64,000 nt of DNA from Lama glama (lineage: Eukaryota). The notes beneath the pieces were generated by a model. It was not told the DNA's origin. It made no database searches and saw only the letters and a program-made list of their open reading frames with translations. Each line of letters opens with the position of its first letter. Position 1 is the stretch's first letter. Shown here piece after piece: positions 1 through 13,200 of this stretch. The stretch is taken from positions 90,956,001 through 91,020,000 of the forward strand of contig CM052816.1 of the NCBI GenBank assembly GCA_028534125.1. The letters are read 5' to 3'. The position numbers and the translations under genes are program-made.

Positions 1-1644
1 GAATCGATGACTTCCCTGGTTGTAAAGACACCGTTATTTATGTATCACTGTGAAGCAGCACTGCCTGCTTAGCCAGAACACCATGCTGTCCTGTCACCAG
101 GCGCTTGCTTTTTGCTTTGCAAGAGGTATGAAATGGTTGTCATTCTTCCACCACAAGTACTTGCTTCACTGATAACTCAGTGACACCTTGGCACTCTGCT
201 TCCAGGTCTTTCTGCGGGTGAAATGACTTTCTGTTCCACTGACAAATCTAGAGAGAAGCAGTTAGACCACATTTAAAGCAGTGCGAGGAGTTCCAATAGT
301 GCCTGTGATTTTCAAAGACAGTGAAAAGCTGTGATGAAATTCGTGTCCATCCAGGTATGGAATTATGTCATGGTGGCTGTTCGGACGTCAGTGAGCCACA
401 GACACATCCGATTTCAGGCATATTGAGAGGGGAATGTATTTGCATTAAGAATTGGTGAAATGTGGTCTGTTTATCCCCTTTAAATGAGACACGACACGGA
501 TCATCCTCCCTTTTCCTAAATAATCCTGAGGGACAGAGAATTGACTCTTTCCTTGCACCTTAAGGCAGAGTGTTTTTTTTTAAGCTTTTACTATTTATGG
601 GAAAGGTCTTAATCATACTAAACGAAATCTGCATTTCTGCATCTTCCATTCGCTGGTTTTCATCCCATCATTTGAGATTAAAGTGAAATGTCAGATACTC
701 ACTCAGAGTGTGTCAAATATTTTTTAAACTCTTAATAAGAATCCATTTCTCTGCTCTAGTAAACAGCCTCCTGTGCAAAATTGTATCTCGGAAATTTTCC
801 ATCACACATCAGCACATTAAGCTGCAGTATCTCCAGTCTCCTGCGGGCAGCTGGGTTTGGTAGAGTATCACCTTATTACTGACTATGCTCATCTCATTCA
901 TGTTTCTTTTTTTCTTTTTTCCTGCTGCTTTCTCTGCAGCTGATTTCCCACAGCTGCATTTCCCACTGCCCCACCTGCCCCCTGCTGCCCTCTGCACATT
1001 CTCAGGGTTGCCTGTGGAGCTGTGGTTAACTAAGTCATTCGTTCGTGCCCCACGCCAAGGGCACAGGCAGCTCTGCTCCACGCCGGCTGAGACATGGGGT
1101 GCAGGGTGCCCTAGTCTGGCGCATCCTGAGACGCTGGGGTCCTGCTGGTGTGGGAGGGCTGTTGCGCGGCCACCCAGGTGCAGGGCCAGTAAAACAATGG
1201 CCTGAGTTGGAAATAGATCAAAGGTGTGTGCCATGGTGTCTGTCCAGCCTCTTGTCACTCAACAGTCCTGTGACCTTGGGATCAGTTCCAACTCCCTAAA
1301 GTGTTTGAAGTGACAGTGCCTGCTTAGGGGAGCAGTTGTAGGTCTTAAAGGAGGTGACATGGGCATGGACCAGCCACACTTCACTATATGAAATACTCCA
1401 TACTTGCACGATGTGTTTGGGGCAGAAAATAGGCCTACTTCATCCTCACAGTTTAACTCCCAATTTAAGCTGAATCACAGGAAAATCTTTATAAGACTGT
1501 TACCAGAGCTTTTCCTTTTTGAGTTGAATTTTAAATCAGATACCTTTAGCGATTTGTTGTAACTAGCTGTTGCTGCTTTTTTTTTTAATTTCCTTTAGTC
1601 TTTGACATGGATATGGGATGAACAGCTTTATGTCAATTTTTTTA

Positions 1645-1725
1645 TATTAACAGACTTAATTTTTTAGAATACTTTAAAATTTAGAAAAAATTTCAGCAGA
1701 GAGTTCTCGTGTCACTCTCGCCTCC

Positions 1726-1782
<57 letters not shown>

Positions 1783-1935
1783 TCCCCTGTTATTAACACC
1801 TTGCATTATGTGGTACATTTGGTATCATTAGTGAACCAATACTGATCCATTATTATTAAAATCCAAAGTTACCATGAAGGGTCCGTGTGTCCTAAGAGTC
1901 TGTGAGTTTTGATAAATTACTGGCATGATGTGTCA
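1645..1935 (-). mobile_element. Old L1 3'-end fragment (L1MC/L1MB-like), interrupted by the CA repeat
   Basis: ggtacatttggtatcattagtgaaccaatactgatccattattattaa resembles antisense L1M 3' UTR (from memory). Confidence 0.6.
1727..1779. repeat. (AC)26 microsatellite
   Basis: Uninterrupted AC run. Confidence 0.98.
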
Positions 1936-2520
1936 AATTGCCAGATGTTCATAACCTGTTGGCAATACTTGTGAACATTTTTTTCCAGTAATATTTTTTA
2001 AGAACAGGGTAGTTTCTGATTGCCTGGCCATAGGGTGAAGATTGAGAATGACGTTTCTGTGGCACGGATAAAATCTGAATGAAACTGCTTTATAGAGAAG
2101 AGACTCCGTGGGGAAAAAAACAGAGGAGAGAGCATAGGACAACCCGGGAGCGAGGACTTTGTGGAACCATATGGATACCAGACTCTGGCTTCTCCTTTCA
2201 TTCACTTCCTCTTACAGCCTCTTGGGATGATTCCACTCCCTCTGCATCCTTACTGGAAAATGCCCACCTGGCATTCAGTATTTCTTAGTTTCATAATTCT
2301 TTCTGTCTGACTGCCACTCCTGTGGCCTCTTCTCCTATAACTGGGGCACTCCTTGCCAGCATCTTTGACTTTTGAGAGCAGCACATACACACAACCTATA
2401 AAAAAAAAAAAAAGGCAGCTCTGTCTTTTCAGGAAATTTCAGTAGAGGAAGCATTAAAGCTACCATTCTTCTCCCTAAACGAAACAATTGCCCTGAACCC
2501 CTCAGTGGTCGCTCGAATCC

Positions 2521-2544
2521 TGTTTACTGAGTTGTTATGGCAAC
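2521..2544. promoter_or_regulatory. Forkhead motif TGTTTAC next to X-box-like GTTGTTATGGCAAC
   Basis: TGTTTAC at 2521-2527; X-box at 2531-2544 with an intact ATGGCAAC half. Confidence 0.4.
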
Positions 2545-5429
2545 TATTCAGGCGCGCTATGCAAAGACCGGGATAAATAGCCGTAAATGAAGCTGGGTTT
2601 AAGGCAGGGGGGTGGTGTTCTCAGGGTGGACTTTCCAGGGTCACAATGAAATTGCTTGGCTTTGTCCTGGCGTGGTTTTTTTTTCTTTTTAATATTAGTC
2701 ATCTTTTAAAATTCAGCGTCTTGGGACATTTCAAATGGCTTCCCACTTTTGCTGGCACATGTAAGGTGCTTTCTTTGCTCCTGCAGTCAGAAGTATCTTC
2801 AGCAATTGCCATCCCGCCAGCCTCGCCAGGCTGGACTTCCTTTCAGTAGAATCAGGAATGAATTAGGGAAGCAGAGCCCAAGACACCACATAAAAGACCG
2901 GGAACACCAGCAAGCCAAAGAAAGCCCGTTTTTGTGTCTGTCAGCTCAGATGCTTCTGGCCCGGACTGCTAAAGATGCAGCCATTTACAGTGGACAAAAA
3001 CTGAAGGGGGGAAAAGAAACCCAAGGTAGGGATTTTTCTCTTATTTGCACTGCTTAAAAGTTTCATGTACCTCACAATGATTGCAGTAATGTAAAATTTG
3101 GCAGAGGAGTTTTTTAAACCTGAGAAAAACAGCTTTTGCCGTCTCTCTGAGCAGCAGAAGTGTTTCGTTTCTGAACAAATGGGTAAGTGCTGATTTTAAT
3201 TGCGTGTCCACGTTTGAACTGCTAATACTTTGTAAGAACAAAGGCTGTAACCGCTTGGATAAGGCGTTGATAATGCAATGTTATTTTTGGTGTGGAATTC
3301 ATCTTTTATAGGAAAAAGCATTTTTAATATTAGGTTGCAGTGGGAAATGGTGAGAGGTGGTTTCCTTTGTTTGAATTTATGTCAAAGAATTCTTCTTTAA
3401 AAGCTTCCGTGCTACAGTGTTGCAGCTTTTTCTTTGCCTTGTACTTTGTTTATATGAACCTTTACGGAAATCGGCACAAGAATCAGCATCTTTTTAAGCT
3501 GCATTGTGAACTGGTTTGTGCACAAGTATGGAAGTGGGGGAAATTACAGGAGTTGAATGGTCACCTGTGGAATATCATGTGCTAGTTTCACACAAGCGTG
3601 AACCTGCCAATATTTTACAGTCTGCCTGGAGAAACCTGATGAGGCACTTTTTTGCTGAGGTTCCCCAGAGCAGAAGTCCCCAAAGAAAGAATAAGACTGT
3701 CTGATATGCTAATCTCTGCCTCAGCCTCCGCTTGAATGTGTTCAGCTGATGGCTATTCAGTTGCTAAAAGTGCCCTTTAAGGGAATAAGTGTTTTAAATG
3801 TGAAGGCGGTCTTTCATATTAAATTGAGTTACATTTAAAAGAAACAGAATAATAATGTGGCTGACTGCCACTTAGCTAAATCTGTTTTCAGAGCAATAAA
3901 AACGCATGTTAGAACATTTTATTTTTACCATCAGTTTTTTTTTTCAGTCTTAGGGGTAATTAAGCTGACATAAAATTAATAACCGTCAAAAGAGAAAAAT
4001 GGAGTATGAGTCATCTTCGGGAAAGTGCCTGACATTTCTGTCTCTTTCATGGTGTTAAAATCCTGGATTTTCTCACCTGTATTTCTGTCCTTAAATATAT
4101 GGACCCCTAGTTCCAGAAGCCTGTTGTTATTTGCAGGGAGGGAACACTCACTCTCTGATGAGTAGAGTTTCACTCTCCCTGATGAGTACCATGGTTGTGG
4201 GGGAGGGCACATTCGCTTACTTCCCACCTGCGGGGTGCCATCTGCCAAGATGGGTAGACATTTGCCCCTGTGCCCAGAGTGGCCTATAGCCACAGCTCTG
4301 TCGCCGCAGCCCTCCTGCTGTGCAGTTTTACTTCGGCCAGTCTCGATGAACTTCTTCAGTAGCATCCAATCAGAAAGCTGCCCAGTCCAACGTTTGAGCC
4401 AGTCCCAGACCACCCATCAGCAATATGCAGACTATAATTGTGTATGTGTGTGTGCGCGCGCGCACTTGTGGGTTCTAGCCTGAGCGGCTCTGCATTAACA
4501 TTTTCACAGGCAGCCCTCTTAACGTGTGATGTCTGTTAGTGACTTTGTTGTAAAACTCACCATCGCTCACCCAGCATCTGTACAAAGGACTAATTATAAA
4601 AGCCATTGTTACCCTCAATGACTCCGGAGCAAAAGGTCTGGGTTCTGGAGACTAAAAAGTGGGAACTGGTGCTGGATTGCAGTGTGGTGCTTGGGTTCAG
4701 AGTCTGACCGTCCCTGGGTTTTCTCACAGCCCTGGAGGAAGCTGCTCTGCCTCCTTAGCATTTCCCTGTGTTGGCCTTTCACCCTGGGCAGTTCCCCTTC
4801 TCCTTCCTCAGGCCAGCTCTGTCCCTGACACTGCTCACTGTAGTAGTATTTTTCAGTAACTATAATAAAAACATATCGCAGTAGTTACTAGGTTTCGCCT
4901 GCACCCCTCCCCAATGTAAAGGCAATACTTACTGATTATAAAGTATTTGGAAAATATGCAAAATACCAAAAAAATTACAATTTTAAATTACAGCTACCTA
5001 TATTTTTACCACCTAGAGACAGTCCTGTTTACATTTTGTTGCATATATACTCTTTTCTCTAAGGTGGGCTCATAGTCTACCTCAATTAAGTAACTCACTT
5101 TTTTATTAATTTAATATATCTTAGAACATTCCTGTGCTTTCTTCGTGACGGTACAGAATTGTCAGTGGCTGTGGTGTCAGATTTCTATTATTGGATGATT
5201 TCCTTTATTTGTTGTTGTAAACAATGCCCCTTGCTGTATTATTCATATGTGTAGACACTTGTGCTCATTTAAGACTGTTTCCTTGAGGTAAATTCTCGGA
5301 AGTTTATTTGCTGAATCAAAGTGTGCACATTGTTATGACTTTGTGTACCCGTACATGTGGCCAACTTGCCCTTCAATGTGGCCAACTTTGCCCTTCAATA
5401 AGGCCAACAATAACACGAAAAGTTTTTGT

Positions 5430-5570
5430 GATGTACAACAATGGATTCAGAGCCTTACTATATAAAGAGCCTTTACAAATCAGTAAGAAAATAACAAATA
5501 TTTTAGTGGAAAAATGACCAAAACACATGAACAAGAAATTTGCAAAAGGTGTAATACAAGTGGAAAATAA
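5430..5570 (+). mobile_element. Old L1 ORF2 C-terminal fragment (L1ME-like), sense
   Basis: tatataaagagcctttacaaatcagtaagaaaa...gaaaaatgaccaaaacacatgaacaag resembles the end of L1 ORF2. Confidence 0.55.
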
Positions 5571-5572
5571 CC

Positions 5573-6060
5573 TGATTTGCATATGCTGAACCATCCTTGT
5601 GTCCCTGGGATGAATTCAACTTCATCATGTTGTATGATCTTTTTTATGTGCTGTTGGATTTTGTTTGCTAATATTTTGCTGAGGATTTTTGCATCTGTGT
5701 TCATCAATGATATTGGCCTGTAGTTTTCTTTTTGGTCGTGTCTTTGTCTAGTTTTGGTATCAGGGTGATGGTGGATTCATAGAATGAGTTTGGGAGTACT
5801 CCCTCCTTTTCAGTCTTTTCGAAGAATTTGAGAAGCACCGGTATGAATTCTTTGTATGTTTGGTAGAATTCCCCAGTGAAGCCGTCCGGTCCTGGGCTTT
5901 TGTTTGTAGGGAGGGTTTTTATTGCTGATTCTGTTTTATTTCTAGTGATTGGTTTGTTCAAGTGATCTGTTTCCTCTTAATTCAGACTTTGTGGACTGTA
6001 TGTTTGCATAAGTTTGTCCATTTCTTATAGGTTGTCCAATTTGTTTCTGTATAGTTGTTC
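5573..6060 (-). mobile_element. L1 ORF2 internal fragment (Z-region and N-terminal RT), frameshifted
   Basis: Minus-strand ORFs [17 protein letters not shown]...[15 protein letters not shown] and [44 protein letters not shown] are L1 ORF2 signatures. Confidence 0.93.
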
Positions 6061-6221
6061 ATCAGTCTTCTTGACTTAACTTTTTCTTGCCTCCCCTGGG
6101 ACCATATTCCACCAGTTTTCCTCTTGTGCTGTACAGGGTTCCTTCTCCCAGGATCCCATCTCCTTGTTAATACTCTTCATTGTATTCAAAAGTGTATTTA
6201 TTAATGTAAAAGAAAGGGGAG

Positions 6222-6380
6222 GTGGGGAGTGCTCAAGTGGTAGAGTGCACGCTTAGCATGCACAAGGTCCTGGGTTCAATCCCCAGTACCTCCTTTAAAA
6301 ATAAATAAATTAATAAAACCTAATTACCCCCCCCGAAAAAATAAAATAAATTTAACCAAATAAATAAATAAATACATAAA
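6222..6380 (+). mobile_element. tRNA-derived SINE (camelid Vic-1-like) with 15-bp TSD
   Basis: A-box gctcaagtggtagag, B-box ggttcaatcccc, A-rich tail; TSD TAAAAGAAAGGGGAG at 6207-6221 and 6381-6395. Confidence 0.9.
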
Positions 6381-6999
6381 TAAAAGAAAGGGGAGATGGG
6401 AGTGAATAAGAATTTGACTGGGCTCCCCCTTGAGCAGCCTTCTTTTCACTGTTCAGCATTTCCAAAGAGTCCATGCCCATTTTCTTATTTCTAATGCTAT
6501 GTCATGCAAGCTACCCTGGCCTCTCTTCTGCTGCAAGCTCCCAGGTACAGTTTTTCTCTGCCCTGCCTTCCTAATCCCCACCTCCACCTCCCAGCCCCAG
6601 GGCTGTGGCATCACCAGCCACCTCCTCCTTCCTGGCACTCTGACCCAACCTCTCCCCCTCCCTCCTTCCCCTGCCCCTCTTGCTCTTGACTGGCTCCCAG
6701 GATGGAGGCCTGGCCTCGGGTCTGGCCCTCACCTCCTCACCTGTGCTGTTCCTAAAGAAACTTGCACTTCTCTCCTTCTGCCCTCAGCCCAGGTGAGTAC
6801 CTTTCCACGGGGTTTTTCCCAGCCCAAAACACTCCTCTAAGCTTTGGACTCAGAGTCCAGTTTTGTAACTTGCTTTTTTTTTTCCCCCCTGGCTCTGCTT
6901 GGCCTGCATTTGACATTGAAATGTGCCCATAATTAAATTTCACATCCTTTTCCTTTCATCCCCTTTTTTAACCATTTGTTAGTTGATCAGGTTGGGGTG

Positions 7000-7200
7000 G
7001 AGTGTCTCAACCTTGGCACCTCTGACATTTGGGACAGGACAGTTCTTCACTGTGGGGCACAGTCCCATGCATTATAGGATGTTTGGCAACAGCCCTGCCT
7101 TCTACCCGGAGATGCCAGGAACAGCCCCTCTCCCCCGGTGTTTACAGACACCACCCACTGCCCCTCAGAGGGCAGAATTGCCCCTGGTTGAAAACCACTG
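7000..7200. mobile_element. MER20-like hAT DNA transposon
   Basis: Ends gtgtctcaacc ... ggttgaaaaccactg; internal cattataggatgtttggcaacagccctg resembles MER20. Confidence 0.75.
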
Positions 7201-10200
7201 GCTTAAGGTATCCATGCCGATTATTTCTTTGGTTTTATCCTTATTTTTCCTTTGCTCTTGATAAAAATGGCATCTACGGACGATGTAAGTTGTATCACAG
7301 CACTTGTTCCGGCTTTGAACCCTGTTGGCGCTGTTGCATAGATGGTGAAAATTGTATCATTTAACGTTTTTCAGAGGTATTGAGTCATTGAGTTAAACAT
7401 GCATTACTGTTTTCTTTCCTAGTAAATAGTACTAGAAAATTTGAAATTGGGGGGCCTGAGGGGGCACCCTGAATATCAGCGTGCCTTGCAGGATTACGTA
7501 ATCACTCCGTGCGATCCACTTTCTCAGATGAATGGCTGCCCTAGTTTCCGCCCCTCTGCAAGGATAAAGCAGCTCATTAAAGTGTGCCAGATGCCTCGTT
7601 TGTCAGTATTTCTTTTAAAAGGAAATACTGTTCAGCTTTGGAACTCTGTGACAGACTCAGCTTGCCTTTATGAAATGAAAGCGTCCCCACTAAAAAACAT
7701 GGCAGTATCTTCCCCTCTTGCTCCTCTCCACACTCACAGTGGTGAAAATCTCACCAGCAAACAAATGTTTTAGTTACTGTTTCATGACGCCTTTCAGAAA
7801 GTGTCCTTACATACAGGAAAATGAAGTGTGACTGTGCGCCATCAGTTGGGTTACTGAGATTTCAGCCTTCGAGTTTTAGGCACAGGATGAAGGGTTTGAA
7901 AAGGAAGTCTTTCAGGCAGACCCTGGTGTCGTTTTCGATGGGACAGTTTAATCAGGTTGTGGAGATATGTAAGTAGAAGACCAAGACGAGTTTTGCTGGG
8001 CAGGAGAAGCAAACCCCCGCCAGTGACTCGAGCCAAATGTAAAGCATCTTTGATATGTTGATTGTGGCTTGAGCAATTGCAGAAAGAAAATTAGCCTGGC
8101 TTGGCGTCTTCTCTTTCTTTCTCTTTAACTTCTTCTTTTCCTTTTGTTTGTGTTGGTATTAACTCTGAAATGTTGGCCTCTGTATTTGATTCAGTGACTT
8201 CATGGCATCAGTTCCAGTGAAGCTGAGACTGTTCGGTTTACACTGAGCTGAGGGCATACGGAATGAAAGCCTGTAGAGCCTTTTAGTCAGAGGCACCTTG
8301 CAAATTAGGGAAATGAGGTCCTGTGTGCAGGTGGAAGGGCAGGTTGGACCTGGTTGTGATGTCATGTGATACGGATTTCCAGGGTTCAGACAGACACAGC
8401 CTAGCCTGTTAATGCTGGTGGGGGGCAAATAATCAAAGGTGCAGAAAGGTACCCAAACCACACATTTCAGTGGAACTGACCATCCCATAGACCAGCCATC
8501 GTCTGTGGCCCGGTTGCATCAGCAAATGGGCCACTTCTGCTCAGGAGCGCCTGCTGTCCAGAGCCGTGCTGGAGGCATTTCCTGGTTTACACAAACTTGG
8601 GGCTCTGCCAATGTCGACAGAGTTAAAGCCTTTCCCTTCTCATGCTCTATTAAAAAAGAAAAATTAACTACAATACAATTGCCACTTGTTCTCCATTACT
8701 CACCTTTGCCTGCTCAGCGCACATCCACTCTCCTTGTTACAACACGTCGATCTAAAGTCCATAAATGATTGAGAAAGTGGTTTGGGAATATTCGAAGGGT
8801 TTTTAGCAATCGGCCCGGGTGCACAGGCTTTTCTGTTCTTTGTCCTGCTTTGGTGAACTGGTTGAAAACATAGATTGCACTCCATCGAGGGCTGTGGGGA
8901 CCATCACCCGCCAAGGATGCAGAGCCTTGAGGTGGTGCAGGTAGAGGATAGACCTGACTGCTTGGCGTACAGGGACAGATGGAGCAACACTCTTCAGTGG
9001 AATATTAACCATAGTGAGGCCTGGGTGCAGAAATGTAGGAAGGTATGCAGAAATGGAGAGAGCACTTCTGAATCATTTCCATTTCGGTTACTAAATCATG
9101 GCCTGGCCTCAGATCACAGTTGACGATGCCAAAACATTGATGGGGGGATATGTGGATTTAGACCCGGGAAGCTTTTTGAGAGCATTCACCAGCGTCTGAC
9201 GTACCATAGCAGTGCTTCTAAACAACACTGGCCTGGACCCATGGTCTCGTGGCCCAAATCACCAAATTTCACCTCTAATTCAAACCTTACCCCATCCAGC
9301 CCAGTCACTCTGTAGCAGTCAGTTAACCTTTTTCTACATGTTCCAGGGCTAATGGCATAAGACTTTCACAGTTCTCAAGGGACAAGTTGATTTTGTTGCC
9401 ATTTGCTAGTGAAGAAGGGAATCTGTCCTTCAGGCACGGTAAAATAAACAGGATTGTGAAACAGGTTCCCCTTTCAGCATGTCTGGATTAAAATGATGAG
9501 CGAAGATGTTATCAGGAGGCTGTGTATCATGGTGGACTGAGCGAAGTTTTATAAGAAATGCTGGACTCACTGCCTCTCACCAGCCACGTGATGTTGGTCT
9601 GTCAAGTTCTCTCATTTGATGGAGTGAGGATAGAAGTCACCATTTTTAGGGTGATTACAAGGTTAACCGTGACCCAGCCTGCAAAACTCCCAGCTCAGAC
9701 CCTGGCACGCACTGGCCACTGATGGTCGTGGTGGCTGATGAGTAATACTGATCATATTTATGAGTCTGGAAAGAGGCAGTATGTGTGTGTTGGTGGAGCC
9801 CTCTGACACGGCTCTCCCAGCACAAAGAGGTGTTCATTTCCTCTCGTGACTCATCTTTTGAACTTACCACTTACTCAACTCAGTAGCACGTCCTCAGAAT
9901 TTACAAAGGACCTGCATCCACCTGGGGGAAGATGTGTGGAAAGACAAATTCGTGGGAAAAGTATTGTCATAATCCTGAAAACTGCTCTTTAATCCAAGAG
10001 TGAACAACGTGGTCAGTGTTAAGTGAAGCAAGTAGGATCACTAAAGGAAGTGCCTGAAACATGTTGTTCTAAGGACGGATGAGGAGAAAAAGTGTTCTGT
10101 GGTCGTACATACGCTTTCTGTTTCCTATGTATTTCTTGGATTTGGGGTCATGTTCTCATTGGGCCCTTTCGCCAGGCTGCCGGAAAAGAGGAGCATCCAG

Positions 10201-13200
10201 ATTTAAGCTTCTTGAGCCACACAACTAGAAGCCTGGCCTCCTGGTGGTCTGGCTCTGTGATGCTGGGACACCAGCAAGAGCCAGTCCTGTCGGGGCCCCA
10301 GGGATGGGAATAACCTGGCCTTTGAACACCGCCTGACCTCCTGTTTCCTAGCAACTTCCAACTGCGCAGCGGAATATTTTGTGGTGTTCCTAATTTATAC
10401 TTCGTGGATACTGGCTGTGTCTAAGGCTGGCTAATTTCCCATTATGACTTGCAGACAACCACTTTAATACATGAATAAGCAAACCAAAGGACTCCTAGGC
10501 AGCTGCACCCACCAGCACCCCGTTGTCACCAAGCCCTCATTTTCCTTCGGGAAAGTGGAATTTACCAAGGACTTGTCAATATGGTATCACATCTCTCAGG
10601 GCAGATGGCGCTGAACAGTTTTCAAGTAAAATTCCCCATTTGATTTTTTTTCTGATACCCCATCCTGTGTTCATGAATATTGATAAATCAGCGACATCCT
10701 TACGGTTCTTTCAGGCAGATGTGAAGGGGTAGCTGATGAGATCGGGTGATTTCTCAGCCTTCTTCCAGCTCTCAGATGACGTGAACCTGATAAAAATCAC
10801 ATTCTTTCTAATATTTAACATCTTTGGGTTTTGACTCCAATTTTTCTGAGTTGCTATTTTTATTTTCACACATTTTAATGACATAGTTCAAATTCCTCGG
10901 TCCTAACTTGGTTTTTCTATTTATTTGTCTCTAAGAACGCTTGTTTTCTTCTGCATCCTAATTTTTTTAAAAGGAAACGTTTGGGGAGCAACAAGTATGG
11001 TGGATGATCTCCAGTTTCTAGTGGATCAGGAGTTTTTTGGTCCCTGAAATTCAGAAACTTTAAAGCCAGAAACCACACAGGTGTATTGTCCAGATTATTA
11101 TCTGTACATTGACTTATGCTAGCATGGTGGCATGTCTCAGAACTACTGATGTAACGCCGTACGAATAATCACTCTGGCTGAATATTACATTCTCAGTTTG
11201 ACAGATTTTCCTGGGCGTTGGTGGATGTGTGGCTCCGGGGCACATGGCTCTCCTTCCTCTTCCTGCTTGACATTTTCTCCCTCAAATACCCTCATCACGT
11301 CGACAAAACTGGGTGACTGTGCAGGCGACACCATTCAGTTCCACAGCTATTTCAGCATTTCCATGACTGAGTGGAGCCTCCTTGCCAACATGGATAGAGA
11401 CTGACAGCTGCCCTCCTGATTTGTGTTTCTGGACATGGTTTTTTTCAGAGCCAGTCGGAATAGAGAGGACCCTGACCCATTCAATACGGTGGACCAAGAG
11501 GTGGAAATTGAACAGCGATGAATAAAGAGGGATTCAAGTTTAGTTTAGCAAGAGAAAGAGGGTTTAATTAGATCAAAATGGCAGCAGATTAGCCCCAAGA
11601 CGGAGGCTGGTCTGAGGATTTCCAGATGGGATTTGTGCTAAGGTTTGGACCTTCTGTTGGCTTGACCGTGTTTTGTGATCTGATTTAGAACAAATCTCTT
11701 CACCTTCCTTCCCTCTCTCTCGGTTTTTCTCTGTGTTTGTCTGAGGATCTCTTTCAACACATAGCAATTGACTCTCAGGATCAATTTTTTAAAAAAAATC
11801 TTGAACCATTGAATGCCTAATTTTAAGCTTCCATGACCTATTCAGAATTGTAAGTTTCCTGTCCAGCTGCTCTCTCGTCCCTCTGTTGTTTTTTACTCCT
11901 TCATTTGCATGAACTTCTTCCTTTTCTTCGCATGGACCTCTGTGCCCTAGTTCCTCTTGATCATGAACCCACCTCAGGATTTCATTATTTTCTTGCCTAG
12001 TTGGATTCATTGGTAAACCTTTAATTTTTTTTTTTAATTTGAACACAGCATACATATTGTGAAGAGTGCTCAAATCTCAAGTGTCCGGCTTTGAGTGCCC
12101 ACAGTGGGAGCCCATACATCCAACTAACTCCCAGGTCTGGAAGGAGATGTGAGCCACTTAGTCATGGACATGCGGCATCTGTAAGATACTTGTCTCACTG
12201 ACCTTGCCTCCCTCCAGATAGACGTCCTTGTCTTAGGTGTTCTCCGCTCTCTGATGCCACAGTGTGCTGGACGATTTTGAGAAACATGCTTTGAGGGAGT
12301 CTAGTGCCCATTTGCACCAGCCTTGGAGGAGGAGACCTCCCTGGTCTGGCCTCCGTCCCTCGAAGCCTTCCCGCATTCCTGAACCTGATGTCAGCCCTCC
12401 CACTCTGGCACGTGACCTCACCTCGTCAGCCACCAGAGGCCTGAGAATATCTGTTCTCAGCCAACTCGCCCGCCCTCTTCTGCGGCATCCTATTTCTTCT
12501 CTCCCTCTCTTTGTCAGGACCTCACTGCTCCCTAAAAACCACCCCGTCCCAGGTCTCCTGCCTATTTGGCTGTTTCTGATGAGGCCACCGTGTTGTGGTT
12601 CTCGCTGTGGCCACAGAGCCTGGGTTCATGCCTTCTGTCTTTGATTCTGCCTTCTCTGACCTAGACTGGAACTTGACCACAGCTCTGTGATGTCTGTATG
12701 GCTTTGGCATGATACACCAGCTTATGTTGCCATCGCTGACCTCTGCTCCATTGCTCATTTGCCCTCTGGGTATTTTTGCGGCTTACGGTACTAACCACTA
12801 TAGAGCTTTAAGCTACACACCAACCTTGTGTTTCCACCAGGGATCTTGGTGTTTCTGGAGTCTAAGCCCCTTCCCTGCTGGCGCCCCCTCCTTCTCAGGG
12901 ATGATTCTTTCCTTTTTGGCAGGACTTTTTCCTATGTTACACACACGCTTCCTACCCCCTCAGTCCCTCTTTGGGCGGACCCCCAAATTTTCAGTGACAA
13001 GACATAAAATAACTCAGCGAACAGTGACCTACACAGCGTATAACTACATATGAGGGCCGCATTTTATAAGAAGCATTTGTTTAGAGGCTCCACAGTATCA
13101 GAACTTTGTATCGATGAATCTGCAATTCCTTTGGCCCTTCCTCAAGGTTGCAAAATGGCTGCCAAAGTGGCAGCCATCACATCTTCACAGGACATCCTTC

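Noticed and set aside
809..1299. Overlapping 84-149 aa ORFs near the window start
   Set aside because: No recognisable domain, splice structure or coding bias; typical of random intronic ORFs
5480..5961. Reverse-transcriptase-like ORFs as a possible active or domesticated gene
   Set aside because: Short frameshifted L1 ORF2 fragment lacking the catalytic RT core
6222..6295. tRNA-like sequence with A and B boxes
   Set aside because: A-rich tail, TSD and multiple copies show a SINE, not a tRNA gene
6790..6798. Consensus donors CAG|GTGAGT at 6792/6793 and 14621/14622
   Set aside because: No supporting promoter motif or clear exon partner that I could see; such matches occur by chance in 28 kb
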